Positions 20,611 through 31,371 of a stretch of DNA of 64,000 nt are shown here, piece by piece (position 1 is the stretch's first letter; the number at the start of each line of letters is the position of its first letter). The notes under the pieces were generated by a model. The model ran no database searches. It had not been told where the DNA came from and saw only the letters and a list, made by a program, of their open reading frames with translations. The DNA is from an uncultured Verrucomicrobiae bacterium (GTDB taxonomy: Bacteria > Verrucomicrobiota > Verrucomicrobiia > Chthoniobacterales > JAFAMB01). The stretch is taken from NCBI GenBank assembly GCA_963762565.1, contig CAVXLD010000001.1, positions 672,001-736,000 on the forward strand. The letters are read 5' to 3'. A program made the translations under genes and the position numbers.

Positions 20611-21195
20611 ATGACAATTTTTACTCCGCCTGAGAAACTGTACAAAGGGTATATTTTTGACTGTGATGGGACCTTAGCGCATTCGATGCCGGTCCATTAT
20701 GCAGCCTGGCGGCAGACCGCGGAGGAGAACGGGGTGACAATGTCGGAAGAGCTTTTCTACAGCCTGGGAGGGGTACCGACCACCAGAATCATAGAGATTT
20801 TGAACGAAAAATTTGGGACCAAAATGGATCCTGAACAGGTCGCGGAACGGAAAGAAGAAGTTTACGTCGAGAATATGGGCGCTACGAAGCCGATCGAGGA
20901 AGTAACCGCATTTGCCAGGAAAGTGGCAGCGTTTGCCAAGGTGGCGGTTGCTTCCGGCGGATATCTCCCCGTGGTACTGAAGACCTTGGAAGTGATCGGA
21001 TTTAAAGACTTTTTCCCGGTTGTTGTGACGAGCGAGCAGGTGAGCCGGGGTAAACCGTTCCCGGACATATTCCTTGAAGCCGCAAGGCGCATGGGCGTAC
21101 CGCCCAACGAGTGTTTGGTGCTTGAAGATAGTCCCGCCGGCATCGAAGCCGCTAAGGCAGCGGGAATGGATTACAATTTTATCGGCAAGCCGTGA
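20611..21195 (+). CDS. HAD-family phosphatase (YqaB/beta-PGM-like)
   Basis: FDCDGT, KPFPD, EDSPAG motifs. Confidence 0.9.
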   Translation: MTIFTPPEKLYKGYIFDCDGTLAHSMPVHYAAWRQTAEENGVTMSEELFYSLGGVPTTRIIEILNEKFGTKMDPEQVAERKEEVYVENMGATKPIEEVTAFARKVAAFAKVAVASGGYLPVVLKTLEVIGFKDFFPVVVTSEQVSRGKPFPDIFLEAARRMGVPPNECLVLEDSPAGIEAAKAAGMDYNFIGKP

Positions 21196-21199
21196 GGTT

Positions 21200-21615
21200 G
21201 CGAAACGGCGACCGGGCGAATGGGCGATAGGGCGAATGGGCGAAACAGCGCGAAGCTGTGGCTGGAGGGGAGCCGCTTAGGAGCGCAGCTAAAAGATCTA
21301 GCGTTATTCTATCCGGAGCGAGGAAGGCCAAGTAGGGTGTTAAACAGGCGGCTCCCGGGAATTACCGCTCGCGATGTTTTGCCCACGGTTCGGTTTGCAG
21401 ATTGTTCATTCGCGTGCGGGCCGACACAGCTAACACCCGTTGAAACGTTCGCGGGAGCCGCCTGTTGACGAGTTGTGCGGCCATCTACACGCCGAGACAA
21501 ATATAACGGGGCTTTTTGGTACGATCCAAAGCGGCTCCCCTCCGGTTAAGGCGCTTCGCGCCTCAATCCGCCGATTCGCCCTTTCGCCGTTTCGCCTATT
21601 CGCCGTTTCGGCATT
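21200..21615. repeat. Family B element (21263-21544) wrapped in inverted GGCGAA-type tandem repeats
   Basis: Other family B copies at 17982-18240, 47131-47363, 56198-56260 (short) and 61336-61610. Confidence 0.85.
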
Positions 21616-21622
21616 CTCCTCC

Positions 21623-22600
21623 CTACCGCACCGCGACCGCGCCGCCGTTGCGGTTCAAGCCCCAGATCAGCAATCTCTGGGCGTCATCGAACAGGAAGTG
21701 CAATGTTCCGCCTAGCTGCACCAAGATCACGTCATGCCCGCCGTAGCTGGCACTTGATACCAAACACCGTCCGCTAGCCTCAGTGAAACCGGTTTTCATA
21801 CCGGTGAACATGGGTGAACGCGCGATCAATCTGTTGGTGGCCTCAAAATAGCGATGGCGGCCTGAATTGTAGGTAAAATTGAAGCCGGTCAACCGCATAT
21901 ACTGGCGCAGCACCGGTTGGTGATACGCGGCGAAAGCGATCCGGGCCATGTTTCGGGCAGTTGAGTATTGGCCCGGTACGGGTAGCCCGTTTGGATTCAC
22001 AAAATGACTTTCGGTTGCGCCTAGGGAGAACGCTTTTGAATTCATCCGTTCTGCGAAAGCGGGGATACTGCCGGCCTCATTTCGAGCCAAACAGATCGCA
22101 GCATCGTTACAACTGTGTACCAAGAGAGCGGCCAGCAGTTGCCTTTTAGTATAAACATCGCCCGGCCGAAACCCGAGCTTCGTCGGTTCCACTTGGCAAT
22201 CCGTCGAGATTACCCGGTCCGGAACGTCGAGATTTCCGTCTTGAACTAGAATCAGCGCAGTTAAGAGTTTTTGCGTGCTTGCTACGGGCCGGCGAACATC
22301 CGGATTTTTCATGAACAGGACTGCACCGGTCTTGGCATCGATCATGATGGCGGAACTAGCGGCAGTAAGAGGCGCATCGGACGGGTAAATCGACGCACCC
22401 GCGGCACCGGTCGGATCGTCAGCCACACCGGACATTCGGAATAACGGCACGGTCTGCGTTTCCGACGGTTGCGGTGCAGGCAGCGGCTGTACCGGTAGAG
22501 CCCGCCGCACGCTTGAATCCGCGCCGGGCATAGAAAGAGTAAGGGCAAGCTCAATAGAGCAAACGCAAAGTAATCTCCAACTGAAACCCATGAGCATCAC
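21623..22600 (-). CDS. D-alanyl-D-alanine carboxypeptidase (peptidase S11)
   Basis: SxxK (ASTQK), SxN (SCN), NPNGL and KTG motifs; signal peptide. Confidence 0.92.
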   Translation of the reverse strand: MMLMGFSWRLLCVCSIELALTLSMPGADSSVRRALPVQPLPAPQPSETQTVPLFRMSGVADDPTGAAGASIYPSDAPLTAASSAIMIDAKTGAVLFMKNPDVRRPVASTQKLLTALILVQDGNLDVPDRVISTDCQVEPTKLGFRPGDVYTKRQLLAALLVHSCNDAAICLARNEAGSIPAFAERMNSKAFSLGATESHFVNPNGLPVPGQYSTARNMARIAFAAYHQPVLRQYMRLTGFNFTYNSGRHRYFEATNRLIARSPMFTGMKTGFTEASGRCLVSSASYGGHDVILVQLGGTLHFLFDDAQRLLIWGLNRNGGAVAVR

Positions 22601-22692
22601 ATGGTTTATTACAAAAACTACTTTTGCGCAATTGCGAGAACTGAACGGAAAAATGTTCTCAAGCGGGCGTTTTCCGGGTAAACTCGGCGCGG

Positions 22693-23298
22693 ATGAGTCG
22701 AAGAGTTGTCTGGTTAGCTGTTGTCACCACTAGCTCACTTTTCTTCATTGGCTGCGCAGAGCGTGAGCTCCCAACCTACGAGGCTCCTTTGGCAAGGAGC
22801 GAGTTTATGAAGATCAGAACGACCGCGTACAACGATAAGGAGAGTGATCATCTAAAGTACGCGAATGCCAGCGCATCTGGGACCGCGTTGCAGGCGGGCG
22901 AGATCCGAAGCGCAGCGGCTGATTGGTCCCGGTGGCCGGCCGGAACCGAGTTCGTGATCGACGCGACCGGCCAAACCTACGTCGTTGATGATTATGGTTG
23001 GGACTTGGCCGGCCGAAATACGATCGATCTTTATTGCCCGACTCGAGCCGAGATGAACGCCTGGGGCGTACGCCGAGTCAGCATTCACATTCTTCATTGG
23101 GGTGATCCATGGGCAAGTTATCGGATTCTAAAGCCGCGGAATAGTTACGCCCACGTTCGGCGAATGCTGGACGAAATTCATCGATTCTATCGAGAAGAGA
23201 AAATACACGAACCGGCTCCCGAAAAAACGGAAACGGTACCAGTAAAAGCTGAACCGGCGGTTCCGCTAAAACCGTTTTTGCAGGCGAGCAATATGTGA
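22693..23298 (+). CDS. 3D-domain lipoprotein (putative lytic transglycosylase-related)
   Basis: Lipobox FIGC; TTAY, AAAD, VDDYG, TIDLY motifs. Confidence 0.8.
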   Translation: MSRRVVWLAVVTTSSLFFIGCAERELPTYEAPLARSEFMKIRTTAYNDKESDHLKYANASASGTALQAGEIRSAAADWSRWPAGTEFVIDATGQTYVVDDYGWDLAGRNTIDLYCPTRAEMNAWGVRRVSIHILHWGDPWASYRILKPRNSYAHVRRMLDEIHRFYREEKIHEPAPEKTETVPVKAEPAVPLKPFLQASNM

Positions 23299-23554
23299 CC
23301 GTGACGCGCCTCGCTTGCGAGGCCGATGGTGAACAGGGAAACATCGTGACATGAACCCTGGCCGGTGCAGCGCTCTATCGTCCAGTGATCGAGATGCGTT
23401 CCAAGGTTGAGAGATATGGTGCGCGGAGACCAGAGAGCCTCAAGGTCGCGAACTTAGTCGACGCGATACAGAGCGCAGACAATACAAATTACTTTATTAC
23501 GGACCACCCCTGCTCACCATCGGCCTCGCAAGCGAGGCGCGCTCCACGGCTCTG

Positions 23555-25774
23555 CTAGAACCACAAGAAGTGGTGCTTCTGTTGAGGAGATCCGCTCGCG
23601 GCGGGCTGTCTCCGAAAGATGTCGAAAATGCTGTGGTGCTGTTGCTGCTGCGGCTGAGTTTGGCGAGCTACTCTCTGAGTTGTGGCTCGTTCGCTGTTTG
23701 GTTCCGGACGAACATCCGGTTCTACTTTTCCGTGAGCTTGTCTCTTGTCTTGGTCGTCGTCATCTGCAGACTGATGGGTATTGGCTTCGGCTGCATCTGC
23801 CGCCGCGAGTTCCTCTTCCTTCTCCGGATTGACGGCGTCGAACATCTTGAAGTTGCCAACCGCAGGCGCCAGCGATTTCAGAGGCGGGTTATAGCCGTGA
23901 TCGAGAGCAAAGATTTTCTCCAAGATGGCCGAAGCCATAGGAGCAGCAACCCCGCCACCGGATTTCCCACCTTCAATCATTATCGCTAATGCGTATTTAG
24001 GATGGTCGTAAGGAGCAAAAGCCAGAAACCATACGTGGTCGTCCTTTATCCCGGAGCGCCAAAATTGAGCAGTCCCCGTTTTACCGGCTACCTGGATCCC
24101 GGCAACGGCGCCTGCTTTTCCGGTGCCGTCTTCGGCATTAACTACCTCATACATCCCTCTCCGAACCATCTCGATCTGGTCTTTAGACAAGTGCAAATCG
24201 CGGGTCAAGTCGCTGCGAATCCTGGCCGGTCGCGGAATGATTTTACCGTCGGGTCCTTTGATTTGATAAATAAGGGTCGGCTGGTAACAGGTGCCTCCGT
24301 TGGCAACGGTTGCCGCCACTATGGCCATCTGCAGCGGGCTGGCCAAGACATAGCCTTGGCCGATCGATGTATTCGCGGTCTGACCTTGGCTCCATTTCTC
24401 GGTCTTCGTGGTCTGCAGCCAATCCGGGGACGGCAACAATCCAGGGTCTTCGTCGGTCAACTCGACCCCGCTGGTCTCGCCGAGGCCGAGAGCACGGCCG
24501 ACGCGGTCAATCGCGTCGATCCCGGCAGCATTGCCGAACTGATAGAAAAAAGCGTCGCAAGAATGTTTGATGGCCTCGACCAATGTCTGTTCACCGTGAA
24601 CGCCCCAACAATGCATGTAGGTATTCCCATAAGAAACACCGCCGTAGCAGTAGAATTTTGCTTTCTGGAGTCCCTTGCTTAGCCCTGCAAATGAAGTGAT
24701 GACTTTGTAGGTCGAGCCCGGCGCATAGGTACTGTCTGCCCGATCCAAGAGTGGATCCGCTTCTCCATTCTTTATCGTCGCCCAATCTCGCGCCGAGATT
24801 GAAGGGACAAATTTGTTCGGATCGAAAGAAGGAACCGACGCCATGGCGAGAATTTGCCCGTTGTTCGGATCAACCACGACGCAAGCGGCCCGGCCCACAT
24901 ATCGGAGCGTCGTTTCCACGATGTATTGAATCCGGGCGTCGATTGTAAGGTAAACGTCGGAGCCAGCCGTTGGTTCAACCCGGCTCATCTCACGCCCAAT
25001 TTGATTCTTCGCGCTTTTTTCCAAGATCCGTTTACCGGGTTTTCCGCGGAGGACCTCATCCATGACGTACTCGAGGTTGTTCCTCCCCTGCTCATCGGGC
25101 TGATAATAATTGAAGTCCCGCAGGTCGGGGAGCTGGCTGATATCTTTGGGCGCGCCCACGTACCCAAGGATTTGCGCGGCTAGCGCACCATACGGGTAGA
25201 GACGCACCGGGGTCGAGTGTACTTGCAACCCAGGGAACTCAACGTCTCGTTCGGCAAACTCGCTAAAGGTCAAAAAATCAAGATCTTGTCGGTAAACGAA
25301 CGGCACCAACTGCTGATTGCGAAACTGGGTTTCAAGGCGTTCGGTGTTGTAAGGCTCAGCTAGTCCAAACTGCTTGAGCTTTGGAATCACGGTCTGGTTG
25401 ACGATTTGAACGATGTCCGGCTCACGCCGGTTGTGAAGCATTCCGTTGGAATCCTTTTGCAGGAACTCCTTCTTCGGCACCTCGCCATATTGCTGCCGAT
25501 AGCCGTTCACCAGATCGGGGAAATAGAAATCGACGTCGTAAGTCACGCGATTGGTGACGAGAGGAAGGCCGTTCCGATCTCGGATCTCACCGCGAACCGC
25601 GGGTAACCGGACGGTCACTTGGGAGGCGCCCTTGATTTTGCCTCGGTAATAATCCGCCAACTTCACCTGCACCCACCAAAGCCGCAGGCAAATGGCAGCC
25701 ATACAGACAACAATGACCCCTCCGATCACCCAGATCTCGATGCCAAATTCGGGTCTCGTTCTTCTGCCTTCCAT
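23555..25774 (-). CDS. mrdA: Penicillin-binding protein 2
   Basis: RGEIRDRNG, PGSTYK (SxxK), SCD, SIGQG, KTGTAQ. Start reassigned to ATG 25774. Confidence 0.92.
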   Translation of the reverse strand: MEGRRTRPEFGIEIWVIGGVIVVCMAAICLRLWWVQVKLADYYRGKIKGASQVTVRLPAVRGEIRDRNGLPLVTNRVTYDVDFYFPDLVNGYRQQYGEVPKKEFLQKDSNGMLHNRREPDIVQIVNQTVIPKLKQFGLAEPYNTERLETQFRNQQLVPFVYRQDLDFLTFSEFAERDVEFPGLQVHSTPVRLYPYGALAAQILGYVGAPKDISQLPDLRDFNYYQPDEQGRNNLEYVMDEVLRGKPGKRILEKSAKNQIGREMSRVEPTAGSDVYLTIDARIQYIVETTLRYVGRAACVVVDPNNGQILAMASVPSFDPNKFVPSISARDWATIKNGEADPLLDRADSTYAPGSTYKVITSFAGLSKGLQKAKFYCYGGVSYGNTYMHCWGVHGEQTLVEAIKHSCDAFFYQFGNAAGIDAIDRVGRALGLGETSGVELTDEDPGLLPSPDWLQTTKTEKWSQGQTANTSIGQGYVLASPLQMAIVAATVANGGTCYQPTLIYQIKGPDGKIIPRPARIRSDLTRDLHLSKDQIEMVRRGMYEVVNAEDGTGKAGAVAGIQVAGKTGTAQFWRSGIKDDHVWFLAFAPYDHPKYALAIMIEGGKSGGGVAAPMASAILEKIFALDHGYNPPLKSLAPAVGNFKMFDAVNPEKEEELAAADAAEANTHQSADDDDQDKRQAHGKVEPDVRPEPNSERATTQRVARQTQPQQQQHHSIFDIFRRQPAASGSPQQKHHFLWF

Positions 25775-25831
25775 GTTTTTACGACAGTTCTGAACCTGGA
25801 ACATAGCCGGGAAACCGTTTCTTGCATCCTC

Positions 25832-25905
25832 AGCCTGCATTTCTCGCAGCAGAGAAGCTTTCAATCACTTGCTACCATGAGGGGCTGCTGCGAGAAATGC
25901 AGGCT
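25832..25905. repeat. 74-bp element with perfect 21-bp inverted repeats (AGCCTGC...GCAGGCT)
   Basis: agcctgcatttctcgcagcag / ctgctgcgagaaatgcaggct. Confidence 0.85.
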
Positions 25906-27069
25906 ATGGCCGGAAAAATATCGACCGCGGATCGTCTCGCCCGATTCAGTGAATCCGTCATCAGAGAGATGACCCGGGTCGCAAACCGCTACGGTGCGAT
26001 CAATCTCTCCCAAGGTTTTCCGGACTTCGACCCACCTCAGGAATTGGTTCAAGCTGCCAAGGAAGCATTACAAGGCGAGTACCATCAATACGCGATCACC
26101 TGGGGTCAGCCCGAATTCAGAGAAGCATTGGCTGCCAAACAATCACGTTTGATGGGGCTGCCGCTGGAGCCCAGCGAACACTTCGTGGTGACCTGCGGAG
26201 GGACTGAGGCCATGCTCGTCGCATTGATGACCGCTTGCAATCCCGGCGATTCGGTCATCATTTTTTCCCCATTCTACGAGAACTACGGAGCAGACACGAT
26301 TTTGGCGGGCGCGTGGCCGATCTATGTGCCTCTCCGGCCGCCACGATTCGATTTTGATCCGGATGAGTTGCGCCAGGCGTTTTCCCAAAAGCCGAAAGCA
26401 ATCGTCATCTGCAACCCGTCCAACCCCACCGGCAAAGTTTTCACCAGGGATGAACTTCTTTTGATCGGAGAGCTGGCTACCGAAGCCGGGAGCTTCATCA
26501 TCACGGATGAGGTATACGAGCACATCGTTTACCCGCCACACCGGCATACCTACGCTGCGGCGTTGCCCGGGTTGTTTGAGCGGACTCTAACCGTAGGTTC
26601 GTTGTCAAAGACCTATGCGATCACCGGATGGCGTTTAGGTTTTGTGCTGGCTGCTCCCGAGGTGATCTCGGCAGCCCGAAAAGTCCATGACTTTCTCACG
26701 GTCGGAGCCGCTCACCCGCTCCAAAAAGCAGCAGTGACGGCTCTCCGTTTTCCACAAGAGTACTACGACAAATTGGCGCGTGATTACTTAGCCCGGAGAG
26801 AACTCTTTACCGGGTATTTGCGAAAGGCGGCCTTAACCTTTGTTGAACCGCAGGGCGCGTATTACGTGCTCGTGGATATTACCGAGTTTGGTCACTCCGA
26901 TGATACGTCCTTTTGTCATTGGCTGGCCAAAGAGATCGGCGTCGCAGCGGTGCCAGGCTCCAGTTTTTTCGCTGAACCCGTCAATCATTTGATCCGGTTC
27001 CATTTCGCTAAGCGCGATGAAACGTTGCATGAGGCTGGGCGCAGGCTGTTGAGGCTACGGGGCGCGTAA
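25906..27069 (+). CDS. PLP-dependent aminotransferase, class I/II
   Basis: INLSQGFPD, NPSNPTG, DEVYE, SLSKTYAITGWRLG. Confidence 0.93.
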   Translation: MAGKISTADRLARFSESVIREMTRVANRYGAINLSQGFPDFDPPQELVQAAKEALQGEYHQYAITWGQPEFREALAAKQSRLMGLPLEPSEHFVVTCGGTEAMLVALMTACNPGDSVIIFSPFYENYGADTILAGAWPIYVPLRPPRFDFDPDELRQAFSQKPKAIVICNPSNPTGKVFTRDELLLIGELATEAGSFIITDEVYEHIVYPPHRHTYAAALPGLFERTLTVGSLSKTYAITGWRLGFVLAAPEVISAARKVHDFLTVGAAHPLQKAAVTALRFPQEYYDKLARDYLARRELFTGYLRKAALTFVEPQGAYYVLVDITEFGHSDDTSFCHWLAKEIGVAAVPGSSFFAEPVNHLIRFHFAKRDETLHEAGRRLLRLRGA

Positions 27070-27402
27070 GAGCGAATGGGCGAAACGGCGAATAGGCGCG
27101 ATATCTCCCACGATCGGTAGGGCGAAAAACTCGGCGCGCCGATAATCCAGATGAGGTCTGCCACGCATTCGCGCCGGTTTTGAGCCGCTCCGTGGGTGCG
27201 GTTCGGTTTTGCGTTTCATCCCGGGACCCTGCGTCCGGAAGGGTTCCGTATTGTAGACGAGGTAAGCTCCACGGTGCGGCTCAAAACCGGCGCGGACACC
27301 CTTCCTCTGTAAACCCTATCCTCGGCGCGCCGAGTTTTTCGCCCTACCGATCGTGGGTCCTGGTCGCATCGCCTTCGCCCCGTCGCCGTTTCGCCCATTC
27401 GC
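27070..27402. repeat. Family D element (27116-27348) wrapped in GGCGAA-type inverted repeats
   Basis: ggtagggcgaaaaactcggcgcgccga ... tcggcgcgccgagtttttcgccctacc. Confidence 0.85.
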
Positions 27403-27404
27403 AA

Positions 27405-28667
27405 TTACGCCTTCACATGCCCCTGACCAATCACCTGATACTTGTAGATCGTCAGTTCTTCCAGGGCCATGGGACCTCGGGCATGTAGGCGGTCCGTGCT
27501 GATACCAATCTCGGCTCCGAACCCGAATTCTCCTCCATCATTGAAGCGCGTGGAAGCGTTCCAAAAGACTGCCGCCGAATCGACTTTGTTCATGAACTCA
27601 TTGGCGGCCTGTTCATCGCTGGTGACGATCGCATCGCTGTGGTGGGAACCGTAAGTTTCAATATGTGCAATCGCGTCCGCCAAGCTTGGTACTACCCGAA
27701 CCGAAAGAATGAGATCAAGGTGCTCGGTTCGCCAATCCTGGTCTGTGGCCGGTCGAACGCTCGGGCCAAGGATAGCTTGGGTTTCAGCATCCCCCCGCAG
27801 CTCAACGCCGCGACGCTGTAACTCCGCAGCGCAACGGCTCAGGAATTCCTTAGCAATCCCGGTGTGCACCAAAAGTGTTTCTGCTGCATTGCAGACGCTG
27901 GGACGTTGGCATTTGGCGTTAATGACGATTGACTGCGCCATCTCCAAATCCGCAGCCTGGTCCACATAGACGTGGCAAATACCATCAAAGTGTTTGATTA
28001 CCGGCATGCGGGCAAAAGCGGTGACGGTTTCGATCAGCTGCTTACCCCCTCGAGGAATTATGAGATCGATAAACTCTGCCATCTCGGCCATTGCTCGTAC
28101 CGCTGCTCGATCGGGTGAAGAAACAATCTGGACGGCGTCTTCTGGAACCCCGGCACGACGGCAGCCTGCGCGGAGAGCCTCGCACAGCGCGATATTGGAT
28201 GCTAATGCTTCGGAGCCGCCCCGCAGGATCACCGCATTACCGGTCTTCAAACACAGAGAGGCCGCATCACTAGTGACGTTCGGGCGCGACTCATAAATGA
28301 TGCCGATGACTCCGATCGGAACTCGAACCTTTTTGAAGTGCAACCCGTCAGGTCTGGACCACTCTTTAATTACTTGGCCAACAGGATCCGGAAGCTGAGC
28401 AACCTCGCGAAGGCTCCGGCAAATCGCGGCTAATCGATCATGATCCAGCTTTAATCGATCTAAAAGCGCCGAGGAAAGGCCATTCGCCGAGCCTCGCTCT
28501 AAATCGGATTGATTCGCGGCCAGAATGGCGGGTTCACCTTTTTCGATCTGTTCTGCCGCTGCGATCAAAGCCGCATTCTTTTCCTGGTCGGATCGAGTCG
28601 CTAATTCTCTCCCTGCCCTGCGAGCACGGGCTCCGGCGGCCAAAACTTGTTCACGAACGTCGCTCAT
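27405..28667 (-). CDS. proA: Gamma-glutamyl phosphate reductase
   Basis: IYESRPNVT, CNAAETLL, NASTRFNDG, GISTDRLHARGP. Confidence 0.98.
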   Translation of the reverse strand: MSDVREQVLAAGARARRAGRELATRSDQEKNAALIAAAEQIEKGEPAILAANQSDLERGSANGLSSALLDRLKLDHDRLAAICRSLREVAQLPDPVGQVIKEWSRPDGLHFKKVRVPIGVIGIIYESRPNVTSDAASLCLKTGNAVILRGGSEALASNIALCEALRAGCRRAGVPEDAVQIVSSPDRAAVRAMAEMAEFIDLIIPRGGKQLIETVTAFARMPVIKHFDGICHVYVDQAADLEMAQSIVINAKCQRPSVCNAAETLLVHTGIAKEFLSRCAAELQRRGVELRGDAETQAILGPSVRPATDQDWRTEHLDLILSVRVVPSLADAIAHIETYGSHHSDAIVTSDEQAANEFMNKVDSAAVFWNASTRFNDGGEFGFGAEIGISTDRLHARGPMALEELTIYKYQVIGQGHVKA

Positions 28668-28868
28668 CGGTTACACTCCAAAACGAGACAACCGCGAATG
28701 GACACGAAAAAAAAGACAAACCGCAGATAAACGCAGATAGACTTTCGAGGTCTCCTTGCGTGATTTTCCTGCATCATATCCGCCTGCATTCTGCACCTTC
28801 ATCGCGGTTGGTTTTTCTTTGTCTTCGCGTCAATTCGTGTCCATTCGCGGTCTAGAATATCCTCGCTT

Positions 28869-29630
28869 TTACGCCGGGAAACGGGTGCCCACCGATTCTC
28901 CTTTGACTGCCTCCAATAGTACGCCGGCCTTAAGTCCGCTGCCGATCACCGTTGGAATACCGGCCTGTCGGGCAAAACTGGCGGCCTCCAATTTACTGAC
29001 CATACCGCCTCGTGAATAGACGCCTCCTTCCCTGGTAGCCAGGGATCTGACGGCCTCTATGTCGCTTACATCGGCGATTCTGGTTCCATCGCCTGCCAAT
29101 AGCCCATCCACACTCGTCAAGATCACGAGTAGCGAAGCCCGGCACAAATTGGCGACTTCGGCTGAAAGCAGGTCGTTGTCTCCGAAATTCAGCTCTTCAA
29201 CGGCGACCGAATCATTTTCGTTGATGATCGGGATGACCCGGTCGAATCGGAAGAGACGCTCCAGGGTGTTGCGAGCGTTCTCATAGCGCATGCGGCTATC
29301 CAGGTCTTGATGCGTCAGCAACAGTTGTGCTACCTGCAGGTCGTGCCGGCTGAAAAGTGTCTCGTAAAGCCGCATCAAGCGCGATTGACCAACCGCGGCG
29401 CAAGCTTGTATGGATGGCAGATCGGTAGGCCGCTCGTGAATGCCGAACTGCATCATTCCCGCCGCCACCGCACCGCTACTGACTAAAACACATTGGTAGC
29501 CGAATGACGTCAACTCGGCGACTTCGCCGGTCAATCGCCGGATTTGTGACACATGAAGCCCGTCCCGGGTCGGCTTGGTCAAAATGCCTGTTCCCAATTT
29601 TACAACAATCCTTTTCCGTTTATCCGCCAT
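28869..29630 (-). CDS. proB: Glutamate 5-kinase (no PUA domain)
   Basis: VVKLGT, VSSGAV, INENDSV, GDND, GGMVSK. Confidence 0.96.
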   Translation of the reverse strand: MADKRKRIVVKLGTGILTKPTRDGLHVSQIRRLTGEVAELTSFGYQCVLVSSGAVAAGMMQFGIHERPTDLPSIQACAAVGQSRLMRLYETLFSRHDLQVAQLLLTHQDLDSRMRYENARNTLERLFRFDRVIPIINENDSVAVEELNFGDNDLLSAEVANLCRASLLVILTSVDGLLAGDGTRIADVSDIEAVRSLATREGGVYSRGGMVSKLEAASFARQAGIPTVIGSGLKAGVLLEAVKGESVGTRFPA

Positions 29631-29761
29631 CAGCCCGAAATATACATGAAACGAATAGGCCCGGAATGACTTACTTACAGTCGTCCGGGCCTATACGTTT
29701 CATATATATTTCGGGCTACGTAGCTTGCATCGCTCCCAAAATGCATGTGCATTTGGGAGCG

Positions 29762-31144
29762 ATGCAAGCTGTGAACATTCTCGATCTCATTCGCAAACAG
29801 GCTGAATTGCAGCCGAACAACGTCGCCTTCGCTTGCGTCGATTCCAACGAAAGCATCAGCTACGCGGACTTGATTCAGCGCGTCAACGCCGTAGCTGACT
29901 GGCTGCGGGGCCGTGGATGTCAGCCTTTTGATCGGTGCGGCTTGCATTGCCCGGAAGGTTCAGAGTTTCTGATCAGCGCGCTCGGTATTTTGTCGGCCGG
30001 GTTAGCAATAGCCCCAATCAGCCTCAACGTTCTACCGCTAGAACTCGATCGGATAATCGGCGCTGCGGGACTCAACTGGCTGCTTGAGACCGAAAAAAAG
30101 TTAATCCGATTTCCTTTTGCCGGATTCGTCGATACTCAAGCCGACGACCACTATCGAGCCACAAACCCAGCCTATATTAGATTCACTTCTGGTACTACGG
30201 GCCCAAGAAAAGGAGTTTTGTTAGGACATAACTCGATTCTAGATCGTCTAGCGACGGCTGATGCGATTCTTCGGATCACCCCGCAAGACCGGGTCTGGTT
30301 TCGTCTACCAATGGCAGATCATTTCGTGGTTTCTATTTTGCTTTATCTGTCGCGCGGGGCGGCGGTGGTGACCTCGACGACCGATCAACCTGAGATTCTG
30401 TCGCAACTCGGCTCCGAGTTTCGGCCGACGATCATCTATGGCTCACCGGAGTCGTATTCAGTTTTGACAGAAAAACTTCCCGGCGATTTGGCAACGATCC
30501 GGCTGGCCATTTGCACGACAACGTTGCTCTCGGCGAAGACCCGAAGCGCGTTCCAGAGCCGTTTCCAAAAGCCGCTGAATCCAGCGCTGGGCATTATCGA
30601 AGTCGGTTTGGTCACGCTCAATCAAAGCACGGATAGACCGGACTCAATTGGGACACCGATGCCAGGTTACCAAGTGAAGCTGCTGGACGAGAACGGTGGC
30701 CCCGTACCATCTGGTAGAGCCGGCGAACTCCACGTGAATGGACGCGGTCTCTTGGACGCTTATCTGGCTCCGTGGCGACCGCGTTCCCAGATTCTGGGTA
30801 GCGATGGCTATGCCACAGGTGACTTCGCGACAATGGATGAGACCGGTTATCTGCGCCTGGTTGGCCGAAGCAAAAACCGTCTAGAGGTAAACGGTCTCCA
30901 TTTCTTCTGTGAAGAGGTCGAACGAATCATCAATAGCTATCCTGAAGTACAAGAGAGCCTCGTTTACATCGATCCAACCACTCGAGCTTTATCTGCTGAG
31001 ATAGTCTCGCGGAATGAGTCGTTTCCAGAACTGGCTGACTTCTTGCGGCAGCGCTTGGATCCTAGGCAGGTTCCCGTTTCATTTCGCCGAGTCGATGAAC
31101 TGCCGCGAACCGCGAACGGGAAACTGCTAAGGGCAGCGAGGTAG
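29762..31144 (+). CDS. AMP-binding (ANL superfamily) acyl-adenylate-forming enzyme
   Basis: FTSGTTGPRKG P-loop, TGD, LPRTANGKL; start uncertain (29741-29771). Confidence 0.85.
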   Translation: MQAVNILDLIRKQAELQPNNVAFACVDSNESISYADLIQRVNAVADWLRGRGCQPFDRCGLHCPEGSEFLISALGILSAGLAIAPISLNVLPLELDRIIGAAGLNWLLETEKKLIRFPFAGFVDTQADDHYRATNPAYIRFTSGTTGPRKGVLLGHNSILDRLATADAILRITPQDRVWFRLPMADHFVVSILLYLSRGAAVVTSTTDQPEILSQLGSEFRPTIIYGSPESYSVLTEKLPGDLATIRLAICTTTLLSAKTRSAFQSRFQKPLNPALGIIEVGLVTLNQSTDRPDSIGTPMPGYQVKLLDENGGPVPSGRAGELHVNGRGLLDAYLAPWRPRSQILGSDGYATGDFATMDETGYLRLVGRSKNRLEVNGLHFFCEEVERIINSYPEVQESLVYIDPTTRALSAEIVSRNESFPELADFLRQRLDPRQVPVSFRRVDELPRTANGKLLRAAR

Positions 31145-31371
31145 GGAAAGCCGGGAGCGCGCCGCACCAGTCCGGGAGGGATCGCGTCCTCGCGATCCGC
31201 GCGTTACCGGAGCCGAGGACGTTGGGCCATTAAGGGTTTTTCGTATTTCAGTCGGCGTGGAACAGTTTCGCGGCGCGCGGGGACGCGCGCCCTCCCCAAA
31301 TTGCCGCCATTTGCTATTTGCGATTTTCTATCTGCTATTCTGGACGAGCTACGAGCAAGGATCCCCAGGCA

